From a virus (lineage: Duplodnaviria > Caudoviricetes), in the IMG/VR virus record IMGVR_UViG_2695421015_000001, positions 32,001 to 96,000 of that record: a stretch of DNA of 64,000 nucleotides; one strand, 5' to 3'. Below, one piece after another: positions 35,076-45,424 of the stretch (within the stretch, counting starts at the first letter, position 1; each line of letters begins with the position of its first letter). The translations under genes were made by a program, and so were the position numbers. The notes under the pieces were generated by a model. That model did not search any database. It was not told the DNA's origin and worked only from the letters and a program-made list of their open reading frames with translations.

Positions 35076-35536
35076 GCGCCAGCGAGCTGGAGCAACTGCG
35101 CGATCGCGTCGCGATGCTTGAGGACATCCTCGGCGTCGGCCAGTCGATGGTGGCGCGGCTTCGCGCTGCATTCGACATGCAGCCGGCCGAGGGCCGCGTG
35201 CTCGGCATGCTGCTGAACCGGCAGCTGATCACCAAGGACGCGATCTACAACATGCTCTACGGGCACAAGCCCGAGTGCGACCAGCCGGTCTGGAAGTCGA
35301 TCGACGTGGTGATCCACAAGGTGCGCAAGAAGCTGCGCGCCCACGACATCGAGTTCGTCTGCATCATCGGCGAGGGCTACACGATGAAGCCCGAGCACAA
35401 GCTCAAGGTCCGCGAGCATCTCGGTCTGTATGAGGGCGAGGGCGATCAGCCCAAGCAGCCGGCACCCTTCGAGAACACAGACTTCCCGACCATTGCGCTC
35501 GCAAGGCCGCCGCGGGTCACCAAGGTCTACCGGTGA
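35063..35536 (+). CDS. OmpR/CtrA-type winged-helix DNA-binding protein without a receiver domain
   Basis: TKDAIYNMLYG...KSIDVVIHKVRKKL...IIGEGY. Confidence 0.75.
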   Translation: MRALSASELEQLRDRVAMLEDILGVGQSMVARLRAAFDMQPAEGRVLGMLLNRQLITKDAIYNMLYGHKPECDQPVWKSIDVVIHKVRKKLRAHDIEFVCIIGEGYTMKPEHKLKVREHLGLYEGEGDQPKQPAPFENTDFPTIALARPPRVTKVYR

Positions 35537-35543
35537 CGGTCTG

Positions 35544-35741
35544 ATGCCATACGAGAATCCTCCCCCTGCCGATCTTGCCCTGCAACTGGACGAGATCGAC
35601 CGCCTCATCGACGACCTTCGCTTCAAGCAGTTCGAGACGCTGCTCAAGCTCGCCGAGAACCAGATCAAAAGGGGTGTCGATCCCCTTGAGGCGATCGGTC
35701 GCGTTCGCAAGACGCTCAGAACGCTCAGCAACTTCAGCTGA
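35544..35741 (+). CDS. hypothetical protein
   Basis: MPYENPP... Confidence 0.5.
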   Translation: MPYENPPPADLALQLDEIDRLIDDLRFKQFETLLKLAENQIKRGVDPLEAIGRVRKTLRTLSNFS

Positions 35742-35773
35742 GCGCAGGTCTACCCAGAGAACCAGAGGCTTCC

Positions 35774-36445
35774 ATGAGCTATTACGAGCACCAGCCGTCG
35801 GAAGATCTGCCCCAGCCCGACGACACGACGCACGACGTCACCTGGCTGCGACGTGTGGCGGTGGTATTCCTGATCGCGGTGCTGGCCTGCATCGCCCTTG
35901 CCGTCTTCGTCACGCACAAGACCATTCCCAACCGGCCGCAGGTAGCGGTCGTGGCGACACCGTCGCCTGAAATCAACACCGCAGAGAGCGAAGGGAAGGC
36001 GGCTACCTCGATCGAGGACAACGCGGCGCCTTCCCACTCTGTGCTCGACGAAGACTGGCACCCGTACCTCAAGGGTACGCTGGACGCTCCCGCGCCAGAG
36101 GCGCCCGTCGCCGACGAGGCGCCAGCGCCCGTCGCCAACGAAGTCACCGCGCCGGAGTTTCAACAGTCGGGACCGGAAACGACCCCGGCTGTTGAAACCG
36201 CACCCGTCGCGGACGCTGCTCTGCCTCGCGCAACCGCTGCCGACGAGGCGCAACACGCGCACGATCATCCGGCGCACCGGCGGCGCCATCACTACCATCG
36301 CCCCCACCACCACTACCATCATCAGCCTCAGCCTCAGCCTCGGCGCCACGTCTCGGCCTGCCCGGACTACGCGATCGACTACTACGATCCGTTCGCGGCG
36401 CTGTTCCATGGCATCGAGTGTCTCATCGAAGAGATGATCCAATAG
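35774..36445 (+). CDS. membrane-anchored protein with Pro/Ala linker and His-rich tract
   Basis: One TM helix; HHYHRPHHHYHH. Confidence 0.65.
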   Translation: MSYYEHQPSEDLPQPDDTTHDVTWLRRVAVVFLIAVLACIALAVFVTHKTIPNRPQVAVVATPSPEINTAESEGKAATSIEDNAAPSHSVLDEDWHPYLKGTLDAPAPEAPVADEAPAPVANEVTAPEFQQSGPETTPAVETAPVADAALPRATAADEAQHAHDHPAHRRRHHYHRPHHHYHHQPQPQPRRHVSACPDYAIDYYDPFAALFHGIECLIEEMIQ

Positions 36446-36607
36446 GGCTTGGGAGCGTCGCGCGTCTCCGACGGCCTCAAAGCCTTGGAGTGTTCCGTCG
36501 GGCCTTCCGAGGCCTAGCGGGAGCCCTCGCCGGGTGCCGTGGGGGCCACCTGGAGCGAAAACAGCGGCACTAATTCGATATCGTCCACCACCTGAAAGCA
36601 TCCCCAC

Positions 36608-36922
36608 ATGCTTCCCAAATCTGCACCGCAGCGGCAGGTCTACTACACCCGCAAGCAGTTGCGCTGGTTCAAGCGCGGTCAGAAGACGCAAGCCTACTAC
36701 GCTGGCGCTCACGCTGATCCCGGCAAGCTCGAAGGCCCCGAGGCCGACAAGGCTCTCGCGGCGCGCGACAAGCGCGCTCGCAAGAACGCCAAGCGCGCCG
36801 ACGACGCCATGCATGCTGCCATCTGCGAGCGTCAGGCGCGCGAGGCTCTGGACGGCGGCCTTCCGCGCGGCCTGTGGAGCGCCGGCGTCTACAGCCACGT
36901 CTTCGGCGGGCCGGTCGCATGA
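36608..36922 (+). CDS. hypothetical protein
   Basis: 104 aa ORF. Confidence 0.6.
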   Translation: MLPKSAPQRQVYYTRKQLRWFKRGQKTQAYYAGAHADPGKLEGPEADKALAARDKRARKNAKRADDAMHAAICERQAREALDGGLPRGLWSAGVYSHVFGGPVA

Positions 36923-37419
36923 ACGGCCAGCCCACACTGGTCCGCGTCGAGCAGCATCAGCTTGCGTCGAGGAACATCGACGGCGCGCTGATGTATCCCG
37001 GCACGTGGAAGTTCACCTGGGTCAAGGCGCCCCACATGCCGTGGGTGCTGGTTCGGATGGAGCAGGCGTGATGGACATCGCCAAGCGCATCCGCGCCGTG
37101 AACTATTACACCGAGGTTGATGGTTACCGTCGGCCCGACGGCTTCATCATCGAGGTCCTCAACGACAACTGCGAGTGGGTCGGCCTGCCGGTCGTCGACA
37201 GGATGCGTGAGCCCGGGGCGTTCTACGACGTCAAGCGCTTCGCTCGGCCGGCGCCGAAGAAGGCCAAGGCGCGCAAGCCCAAGGCATCCAAGAAGGCTCG
37301 CCGCCGATGAACTTTTACCACTTCCTCCTCGCCGCGTTTGCGATCTACGCGATGTTTAGCGCGGCTGACGCGCTGCATCGCATCGCCGCTGCTGTCGAGA
37401 CTATCGCGGGCGAGGACGA

Positions 37420-37662
37420 ATGAGCGTCCGAACCATCCCCGCCCAGCACCTGATCGTTTGCGATCGGTGCGGTGGCGAGGCCACGATCTCGGATATTAGG
37501 CTCGTCCCGGACGAGTGGATCACGATCGAAAAGACACGCAACGGCGGCACGCTTAACTACTACGCTCTGTGCCCGGGTTGCGTGCCGGCCTTCAATGATC
37601 TCTTCAAGAAGCCGTCGGCGACGGGGCGTCGCACGCTGGCTTCGACGGAGATCGAGCGGTGA
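37420..37662 (+). CDS. small zinc-binding protein
   Basis: CDRCG...LCPGC. Confidence 0.55.
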   Translation: MSVRTIPAQHLIVCDRCGGEATISDIRLVPDEWITIEKTRNGGTLNYYALCPGCVPAFNDLFKKPSATGRRTLASTEIER

Positions 37663-37922
37663 CCCGCGACTTCAAGCTCGGCGACCGCGTCCGCGACGGC
37701 GGCCTGCAAGGCGTCATCACCGAGATCAGGTTCGATGCGCCCCCGTCCGGCGTTCGACACTACGCGGTGATCGACACCGGCGATGGCGTGCGCCACTGGC
37801 GCTATCTCGGCGAGATCGAACTCGCCACCGACGCGGCGCCCGTCTCCTACGAGCTTCAGGGCTCCGGGTATGATCCCGGCGCCTGCGGCTATGAGCTGCA
37901 AGGTCGGAAGTCAGCGCCATGA
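37659..37922 (+). CDS. SH3/KOW-like small protein
   Basis: FKLGDRV....GVITEI. Confidence 0.5.
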   Translation: MTRDFKLGDRVRDGGLQGVITEIRFDAPPSGVRHYAVIDTGDGVRHWRYLGEIELATDAAPVSYELQGSGYDPGACGYELQGRKSAP

Positions 37923-38766
37923 CCAGCAAGCAGATCGTCAACCTGCGCGTCGGCCAGATGGTCCGCACCAAGCACATGCCGGACCGCTTCTGGAAGATCA
38001 CCAAGGTCTACGTCCCCACCGGGGGCGGGCGCGTGCTCGAACTCGAAGGCGCGCTCTGGATCGGGCCCAGCCAGGTCGAAGAGGTTCTGCCCTCATGATG
38101 AGTGCCGCATTGATGCACGACGCTCTCAAGTCTGCCGACATGATCGACGAGCGCGATCTCCCGAAGCATCGGCCGACGCCCGAGATGATTGCCGACGCGC
38201 ACCGTCGCAACGCTGCTCCGCGGCCCATCGTCTCGTGGCTGATGGGTGATCCGGCGCCGGGACAGAGCGCGCTCGACAAGCGCAACAGCGCCGTGTGATT
38301 TTTTTCGGCGACGGGCTTGCGGCAGGACTCGCGCCTTGCTATCTCGCCTCTCGATGATCGGCGCCTTGATGTGCCGCACATTCCGACTAAACGAGGGGCG
38401 CTTCTGTCGGGGGCGTCCCTCGATTTGTTTCTGGCGGAAGCACTCAAAAGAGTCGTAAGTCTGCGGCTATGGCCCGCAGCGCCAGTTCGCCGAGATAGGC
38501 TGGATGAGATGACCAACCCGATCGCCAAAGTCGTGCACTGCCCGACATGCGGCGCGCCTCCCGGGCGCGCCTGCCAGCAGCTCAGACCTGATCGGATCAG
38601 GGTCGTGCCGACGCACTCCGCTCGCCGGAAGCTGCTCGAGCAACCAGTCAGGGTTCGTACCGCAAGCCGCAAGGCCCCACGCTCCCTCGCGTAGCCGTCG
38701 AAGTACAAGGCGGGTAGTCGCGGATCAAAGCGGGTTGGTGACGGCGGGAAAGAACGCACCCAATTC

Positions 38767-38841
38767 GCTGGAATAGCTCAGCGGTAGAGCAGCAGTTTTG
38801 TAAACTGACGGTCGGTGGTTCAATCCCATCTTCCAGCACCA
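38767..38841 (+). tRNA. trnT: tRNA-Thr(TGT)
   Basis: Acceptor stem GCTGGAA/TTCCAGC, D-arm TAGCTCAGCGGTAGAGC, anticodon loop TTTGTAA, T-loop GGTTCAATCC, encoded CCA. Confidence 0.92.
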
Positions 38842-39612
38842 ACCAAAGCGCGGTGCCAGCCGTTCGTCACCTGAAGACATAGGGGTGGCTGGCTAAGTGG
38901 GGCCATGTGTCAACGGCCGCGCCCATTTCATTTCGCCGTGAGTTAATCCTCGGAGGTGAACATCCAGAGGCGGACTCGCGGACTTTGTCCCGTCGCCCAC
39001 TTCCACGCCCAGATCGAGATGTAGACGGGCAGGCATATCACCCAAAGGACGACGGCAAACATCCACACCAGCACGTTCTTGACGCCGATGTCAGGCGGCG
39101 CCTTAAACTCATCACTCATAGTTGAAGCGGTTCTTTCGGAAGATCACTTTCGCCTTGAACCGGATGAAGGCGCAGAACGGCAGTAAGGCGTCCCAGAGCA
39201 GGTAGAGCGCCGGGCAAAGCAATAGCCAAGCGGTCTTGATCGCGAGCTTTTTCATGGGCTGCGCGTACCTCGCGGCGGCTACGTCCGCAATTCAACTGTT
39301 CTTCACAATCTCCGGAAAACCAATAACTCGCTCGTCGGGCCCGTGCCCGATCGGGACGCCGGAAAGAGCGAGTAACTTTCTTCACCCAGGGGTGTCCGCC
39401 CGTCACTGCCGTCGCAACGGTACGGTCACCGGCCCCCGCTCATAGCAAGCTGTGCTAACCGGAGGGCGACGTGTCCGGTCGGCAGATGTCGGTGCAAGGC
39501 ACGTCCCGACGGAAGGCAGGGAAACCGGCGACCAAATCAGCCCGCTGTAAGGCGATGGGGCGAAACATCGTCGGAGGTCCGCAAGCCTCCAAGCCAATTC
39601 ATCGAGGGCGGC

Positions 39613-39813
39613 ATGAAGAAGATCGCAGTTATCGCGCTGCTGGCGTGCTCGCTGGGCGGATGCGCGTCCGTCCCTCTCGCCACGGGTCTCGCGGTCGCCG
39701 GCGTCGCCATCTCGGCCGGGAGCCTCGCGGTTGCCACCGGCACCTTGAGCATGAACGCAGTCCACAACTGCAAGGCTGACGGCGGCTGCAAGGACGTCAA
39801 GCTGCCCAAGTAA
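39613..39813 (+). CDS. putative lipoprotein
   Basis: MKK-hydrophobic-LGGC lipobox. Confidence 0.65.
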   Translation: MKKIAVIALLACSLGGCASVPLATGLAVAGVAISAGSLAVATGTLSMNAVHNCKADGGCKDVKLPK

Positions 39814-39849
39814 TCCCCACCACCCCGAACCCCCACTTCGGAGCCCACC

Positions 39850-40065
39850 ATGACTGTAAGCGTTACGATCGACGTGCCCGAGCACGTCGAGCGCGTCGTC
39901 GTCCAGACCCAGAGCCTCACTCCGGACGGCTGGAAGAACGACAATCCCGTCGCGTACGGGCCCGGCAAGCACTTCGTGCACATCTGGGACACCAAGCGGA
40001 TCTCCTGCGTCGCGGAGCCTTCACCCGGCGAGGAATTGCCGCCCGGCACCTTCGTCGTCGGGTAG
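39850..40065 (+). CDS. hypothetical protein
   Basis: GGAG RBS, 71 aa. Confidence 0.6.
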   Translation: MTVSVTIDVPEHVERVVVQTQSLTPDGWKNDNPVAYGPGKHFVHIWDTKRISCVAEPSPGEELPPGTFVVG

Positions 40066-40424
40066 CGCAGCAATGAAGACCATCCTGATGTTCGTCATCG
40101 TGGCGCTGCTCTGGATCGGCCTTGGCCATCTGGTCGAGCAGAACGACCACATCATCACGCTGCTGGAGCAGCACCGGTGAGCGCGCTGCTACCGTCGGTC
40201 TACGAGAACGACGATGTCCGCAGCCACGAAGATCTGTGTACGATCAATCGCGAGCGCGAGGCCAACGGCCAGCGCCCGATCTCGCCCCCGATGAGCTTCA
40301 GGCGCGGCTATAGCCGGCTGAGGTCTCTCTCGTTCAATCAAGAGCACGGCTACGGCGGCTGGACGTTCGGCCGCAACGCCAAGCTCAAGCCGAAGCGCGT
40401 CGAGCGCAAGCCGAAGCGGCGGGC

Positions 40425-40613
40425 ATGACCATGAGCACCCCTGAAGATCCTCACTTCCGCGTCGGCGAGATCGTCGTTGCAGAGGGCAGGCCGTTCAAGA
40501 TGACGGTCGAGAGTGCCGAGGCCGCTGGCCGCGTTGGCTGCACCTGGTCCGAACTCGGCGCGGTGTTCCACGCCGTGTTCTTTGCCGGCGAACTCCGCAA
40601 GGTGAACGCATGA
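40425..40613 (+). CDS. YodC/DUF2158-like small protein
   Basis: FRVGEIV.....MTV......CTW.......F..GEL. Confidence 0.55.
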   Translation: MTMSTPEDPHFRVGEIVVAEGRPFKMTVESAEAAGRVGCTWSELGAVFHAVFFAGELRKVNA

Positions 40614-40987
40614 AGCTGATGCTCTGCGAGGACTGCGGCGACATCGTCGCCCCGTCGCGGACGGACTTCAAGGTCCGCTGGTGCGACTGTGGCCGTCACG
40701 CCGTCTGGTGGGAGAACGGCCTCGCGGGCAAGCTCGTGATGCACGACAAGGTGTCGGGCGTCCTCGACCGCCCCGACAGCATCTATGACGGCTTCCCCAA
40801 GACCGGCCCGAAGGCGTGGGTGCTCGGCATCCACAACGGCGCGCTGACCGAGAAGCTCGATCCGGGCGTGGTGCAGCGGATGCTGGCCAACTCCATAGGC
40901 TTCATTTTCCACGATGTCGGCTCGCTGATCGCGCGGTTCCGTCCGCTCGCCACCAACGACACGCGCTGGAGCTCGAAGCTGCCGTGA
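40610..40987 (+). CDS. zinc-binding hypothetical protein
   Basis: MKLMLCEDCGDIV...CDCG. Confidence 0.65.
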   Translation: MKLMLCEDCGDIVAPSRTDFKVRWCDCGRHAVWWENGLAGKLVMHDKVSGVLDRPDSIYDGFPKTGPKAWVLGIHNGALTEKLDPGVVQRMLANSIGFIFHDVGSLIARFRPLATNDTRWSSKLP

Positions 40988-41129
40988 CCTTCTTCCTGCT
41001 CGCGTGGCGCGCCTCCATCATCGTCACCGTCACGCTCATGCTGGCGCCGCTGGAAGGCGTCTTCGACGGCATCGAGACCGAGCTTGAGCGCCGAGGCGTC
41101 GAGCTTTAATCCCCACGAAGATCCCCCAC

Positions 41130-41639
41130 ATGATCTGGAAGCATATCGAAATCGGCGGCAAGCGTGCCGCCTTCTGTGATAGCGGCAAGGGCCGCCTCTA
41201 CGTCTGCGAACGCCCCGGCGCGGTCGCGGCATGGGTACGCGGCGCCTTTGTTGGGCACTTCGCCAGCGTCGACGACGCCAAGGCGGAAGCCGCCCGTCGC
41301 GCCGCCGGTCATCCGCCGGCGCCGCCGAAGCCAAGGCCTGAGTTCAAGCGCGTCGTTCGCGCCGAACCCGTCGTTGAACCACTTCGGGTGCCTGACGTAT
41401 TCAAGGACATCACGCCGCCTCCGATCAAGGAGGCTGCCGCGCCGCTGGGACCTCCGGTGTTTCGCCCGGCGAATGCCTTCCCGATTTCCAGCCTGTGCAA
41501 ATGCGGCGCGAAGCTCGGTCGCTCCGGCAAATGCCCCGCGCTCTGCGAGCCTGTCACGGGCGAGCCTCCGGTCTATGACGGCCCGCGCTTTGTCGGCAAG
41601 ACCCACACTGCGCGCCTCGGAGCGCCGGTCACATGGTAG
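41130..41639 (+). CDS. hypothetical protein
   Basis: 169 aa ORF. Confidence 0.55.
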   Translation: MIWKHIEIGGKRAAFCDSGKGRLYVCERPGAVAAWVRGAFVGHFASVDDAKAEAARRAAGHPPAPPKPRPEFKRVVRAEPVVEPLRVPDVFKDITPPPIKEAAAPLGPPVFRPANAFPISSLCKCGAKLGRSGKCPALCEPVTGEPPVYDGPRFVGKTHTARLGAPVTW

Positions 41640-41965
41640 CCGTGACGGTCGCCGGGCCGAGGAAGCCTACGAACGACGAGATCAGGGCCGCCAAGCAGCT
41701 TCTGGAAGCCAACGGCTACGTCGTGGTCGAGCGCGACCGCGTCGTGGAGGCGACGGTGGATTACAGGATCGAGCTGCGCGATCTGGACGTGATCCCGTCG
41801 CCGGATCTCTTGATGGAGAGGGTCAGGCATGGCTTGGCGCTTCACCTCGGTGAGGAGATCGCCAAGCGCGGCGCCGCCCTCGTCACCGACGAGATCAACC
41901 ATCTCTGCACGCATCGCCGTGTCGAATACCGGGTGACGGTGATCATGCCGGAGCGCAAGCCGTGA
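41633..41965 (+). CDS. hypothetical protein
   Basis: Coupled ORF. Confidence 0.55.
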   Translation: MVAVTVAGPRKPTNDEIRAAKQLLEANGYVVVERDRVVEATVDYRIELRDLDVIPSPDLLMERVRHGLALHLGEEIAKRGAALVTDEINHLCTHRRVEYRVTVIMPERKP

Positions 41966-42192
41966 CGACCTACGTCCACGTCAACCGCAACGTGATCGCC
42001 TCCAACGCCAAGCATGGCACCGACAATCCCGCTGTCCGCCTCCAGCGTGGGCGTTACGGCAAGCCGACGTATGCAAACGAGGTCGAGATCGATGGCCCCT
42101 CACGGGTCGTCTATTCGCCGCACAAGGCCATCCTGCCGTGCGGCGCGCGGCTCGTGATCGAGACTGACGCGCCGGTGAGGGTAGTACGATGA
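41962..42192 (+). CDS. conserved phage small protein
   Basis: HVN...I..N.K...Y..EVEI.GPS..VYSP...L.CGAR..IET. Confidence 0.7.
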   Translation: MTTYVHVNRNVIASNAKHGTDNPAVRLQRGRYGKPTYANEVEIDGPSRVVYSPHKAILPCGARLVIETDAPVRVVR

Positions 42193-42337
42193 GATCGCTT
42201 ATCGCTGGCCTGTTCGAGGGCTACGGCATAGGCGCCGCGGTCTCCTTCGCCGAGCATGGCTACCACTGGGCTGCATATGCGGTCGGCATGGCCGTGGTGA
42301 CGTTCGCCTATTACGACGGCCGCCACGGATGGAGTGA

Positions 42338-42619
42338 GTGATGCTCAAGACCTATTACGCTGCCACGCTCTATCCCGCCGGTCAGTTCGTGGCCGGAATG
42401 TCCGCTGCGGACGCCGAGGCGCTTTGCGCTGCGATCAGCAGCGGTCGCGATCCGTCCAAGAGCGCGGTCTGCTTCTACAACGCAGCCTCGATCTACGTCA
42501 TTCAGTCAGGGCAGGCGCCGGTCCAGGTGCCCGTCAACAACTGGATCGTCGCGATGCCGGACGGAACGATTTCCGTCCATGCCGACGCCGACTTCAAGGC
42601 GTCGTTCGTCGCTCAATGA
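42338..42619 (+). CDS. hypothetical protein
   Basis: GGAG RBS, 93 aa. Confidence 0.55.
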   Translation: MMLKTYYAATLYPAGQFVAGMSAADAEALCAAISSGRDPSKSAVCFYNAASIYVIQSGQAPVQVPVNNWIVAMPDGTISVHADADFKASFVAQ

Positions 42620-42628
42620 CGTGATCCC

Positions 42629-43357
42629 GTGGCCGGTCTCGACTCGATCAAGCACCTGCGCGGCGACGACCTGATCGCCGAGTACAAGGAACGCTACGGC
42701 GACAAGACTCTGATCGCGTTCTCGCGCGGCAAGGACTCCATCGCGGCAGCGCTGGCGCTCCGCGATAAGATCGAGATGATCCCGTTCCACTACGACGACG
42801 TGCCGGGACTGGAACTCATCGACGAGAGCATCGCCTACTACGAGAAAAACCTGTTCGGCCGGCGCATCCTGCGCATGCCGAACCCGGCGTTCTACAAACA
42901 CTTGCGCGAGGGCATGTTCCAGCCCATCCGCCGCTCACAGACCCTCGCTGCCTCATCGATCCCGCACCTCAACCACGCCGACGTGGTTCAAATGGTCAAG
43001 GATCAGGAAGGCATCGAGGGCGACATCCTGTCCGCCACGGGCGTCCGCGCCCTCGACAACGCGATCCGCTTCCTGTCGATCCGCAAGCACGGACCGATCC
43101 GTTCCGGCGCCGGCAACTGGGCGCCGATCTGGGACTGGTCCAAGCAGCGGCTGATGGACGAGATCGAGAAGAGCGGCATCTCGCTGCCGCCCGATTACAC
43201 GTTCCTGCCGCGCTCGCTCGACGGCTTCTCCTACCTGTACCTGATCCCGCTCAGGAAGCACTACCCGCGCGACTACGAGCGGATCTTGGAGTGGTTCCCG
43301 ATCGCCGAGGCCGAGCTGCTTCGCTACGAAATCAATCAGAGGTTCTACCCCACGTGA
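42629..43357 (+). CDS. PP-loop (PAPS-reductase/adenine nucleotide alpha-hydrolase-like) protein
   Basis: AFSRGKDS PP-loop, GVRA.D..R, PIWDW. Confidence 0.75.
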   Translation: MAGLDSIKHLRGDDLIAEYKERYGDKTLIAFSRGKDSIAAALALRDKIEMIPFHYDDVPGLELIDESIAYYEKNLFGRRILRMPNPAFYKHLREGMFQPIRRSQTLAASSIPHLNHADVVQMVKDQEGIEGDILSATGVRALDNAIRFLSIRKHGPIRSGAGNWAPIWDWSKQRLMDEIEKSGISLPPDYTFLPRSLDGFSYLYLIPLRKHYPRDYERILEWFPIAEAELLRYEINQRFYPT

Positions 43358-43827
43358 GACCCTTTACCGTCTACATGGCCGGTCCCATCACGGGGCTGAC
43401 CTATGATGGCGCCGAGAACTGGCGCGCTATCGCCAAGACCGCGCTTTTCAGGTCCGGCATCCAAGGTATCTCACCGCTGCGGGGCCAGGAATATCTCCGC
43501 GACATCGGCAAGATATCGGGGACAGGCGAGGGCTACCAGCACCTCAACGTACTCTCGACGCCGCGCGGCATCACCAGCCAGAACCGTTTCGACGCCACGC
43601 GCTGCGACCTCCTGCTGGTCAACCTGCTGGGAGCAACCAGCGTCTCCATCGGCACCGTCATGGAGATCACATGGGCCGACGTGAAGCGCATACCGATCGT
43701 TGTGGCGATGGAGCCGAAAGGCAATCCGCACGAGCACATGCTGATCAACGAAGTGATCAGCTATCGCGTGCCCACGCTTGAAGACGCGATCCGCGTCGTG
43801 ACCGTCGTCGCCGACGGCATCCGATGA
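43354..43827 (+). CDS. nucleoside 2-deoxyribosyltransferase-like protein
   Basis: VYMAGPI, D...CD.LLVNL, SIGTVMEI.WA, PIVV. Confidence 0.8.
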   Translation: MRPFTVYMAGPITGLTYDGAENWRAIAKTALFRSGIQGISPLRGQEYLRDIGKISGTGEGYQHLNVLSTPRGITSQNRFDATRCDLLLVNLLGATSVSIGTVMEITWADVKRIPIVVAMEPKGNPHEHMLINEVISYRVPTLEDAIRVVTVVADGIR

Positions 43828-43980
43828 CGTTCATCGACCTCGTACAGCGGGACGCCAAGATCCTGCTGCTGCGTCGCCGCGGATGGTCCCTCCAGGAGAT
43901 CGCCGACGAGATGGGCCTTACCCGGCTCGACGTCTACCGCATTCTCGACCGTGCCAAGCACCCCAACGACTGAGACCCCC

Positions 43981-44193
43981 ATGATCAAAGTCATCGCCGT
44001 CCTTTGCAGCCTCGCTTCACCGCAGGACTGCCACGACGAGGTCGTCACGACCTCCAACTTCGCCCAAATCTCGATGACGGCGTGCCTGATGGGCGCGCCG
44101 CAGCTCGCCGACTGGGTGAAAGAGCATCCCGCCGAGCGCCTCGCCGGATGGCGCTGCGAGTTCGGCGAGCGCGCCAAGAAGGCGGGCATCTGA
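43981..44193 (+). CDS. small Cys-containing protein
   Basis: MIKVIAVLC...CL.GA..LA.W...WRC. Confidence 0.55.
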   Translation: MIKVIAVLCSLASPQDCHDEVVTTSNFAQISMTACLMGAPQLADWVKEHPAERLAGWRCEFGERAKKAGI

Positions 44194-44501
44194 TGATGTT
44201 CTTCTGCTCGCTGATGGCGCTTGTCGTGTCGATCCTGATGCTGTGCCTGCTGTGCGACGACCTCGCCACCCGCAAGGCCAACCCGTCGCGCTCGGACTAT
44301 GTCGTCGACGCCTTCATGCTGGTCGGCTTCCTCTGCACGATCGTCCTCGCCTTCCACGGCATCATCGCCGCGCTCCGCTGATCGAGTTTTTGGAGAGAGT
44401 GGGCGCTACCCAATTCAGTTGTGAGATGCCCGCAAGGGCTAACTGGGCAAGCGGCTCTCTCCAAATCTAACCCCACCCCCAACATCGGGAGCCCCACGCC
44501 C

Positions 44502-44897
44502 ATGCTGACCGCCCAAGAAGCCGCTGAACTCTCTCGCCAACTCGTCGACGGCGAGGTCCTGCTCCAGACCAAGATGTGGGGCGAGACCAACGATCGCGCC
44601 GACATCTCGCAGGGTCAGCTGATGGGTGCGGCACTCGCCCAGATCTACGCGGTCGGCATCACCGAGTTCAGCGACACCCGCGAGTCGGCATTCGATCAGG
44701 CCGAGATGGAGTTCTTCCCCGCGGACTGGGGTGGCTTCCGCGACTACGGCTCGGACATCGCCAACCTGGTCGTGGCGGCTGCCTATCTGCGCAACGAGAT
44801 CAAGCGCCGGCTCATGAACGGCGAGAGCAGCCACCGCGCTCCTCGTCGCGCTGACCAGGTCTTCGACGGCTCCTGCGTGCCGAACCCCATCGCCTGA
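44502..44897 (+). CDS. hypothetical protein (possible MazG-like all-helical fold)
   Basis: E...Q..KW...D...P.DW...RD...NLV.AAAYL..EI.R. Confidence 0.55.
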   Translation: MLTAQEAAELSRQLVDGEVLLQTKMWGETNDRADISQGQLMGAALAQIYAVGITEFSDTRESAFDQAEMEFFPADWGGFRDYGSDIANLVVAAAYLRNEIKRRLMNGESSHRAPRRADQVFDGSCVPNPIA

Positions 44898-44927
44898 TCG
44901 TCCACCCCCACACCAAGGCATCCCCCA

Positions 44928-45407
44928 ATGCACCACGTCCACATCTCGACCTTCGCGCTGTTCCTGATCGTGCTGTTCGTCCTCGGCTTCATGTCGATCC
45001 TGTTCGCCTTCATCGTCTCGATGCGGAGGGCAAAGGTCGATGCGGCGCGCTTTCGCGCGGCGCGCTTTTCCGATGACTATGCGTCGAGGACGACGTATCG
45101 GCAGAGCGAGCGCGGTCCAGCAGTTTCGTCCGGCGGCTATACCGCCGCTCCGGGCGTCTACGCATCTCCCATGGTGGCTCCCGTTATGATGCAGGGCGCC
45201 TCCGGCTCTGACCTGCTCACCGGCGTCCTGCTCGGCGAGGCGCTCGCCGGCGGTCACCGCGACACCGTGATTGTCGAGAACGGCGGCGGCTATGGTGGCG
45301 GCTACGACGCGCCGGCCTATGATCCCGGCCCGTCATTCGACAGCGGCATCAGCTTTGACAGCGGCCCCGTCTGCGACACCGGCGGCGGCATCGACCTCAG
45401 CTGGTAA
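44928..45407 (+). CDS. membrane protein with a Gly/Ser/Asp-rich tail
   Basis: N-terminal TM helix; DLLTGVLLGEAL. Confidence 0.65.
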   Translation: MHHVHISTFALFLIVLFVLGFMSILFAFIVSMRRAKVDAARFRAARFSDDYASRTTYRQSERGPAVSSGGYTAAPGVYASPMVAPVMMQGASGSDLLTGVLLGEALAGGHRDTVIVENGGGYGGGYDAPAYDPGPSFDSGISFDSGPVCDTGGGIDLSW

Positions 45408-45424
45408 AAGCGGGCTTAGCCCTC

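Noticed and set aside
38767-38841. tRNA as an attachment site or prophage boundary
   Set aside because: Phage-like genes continue on both sides, and I saw no duplicated tRNA 3' end and no integrase.
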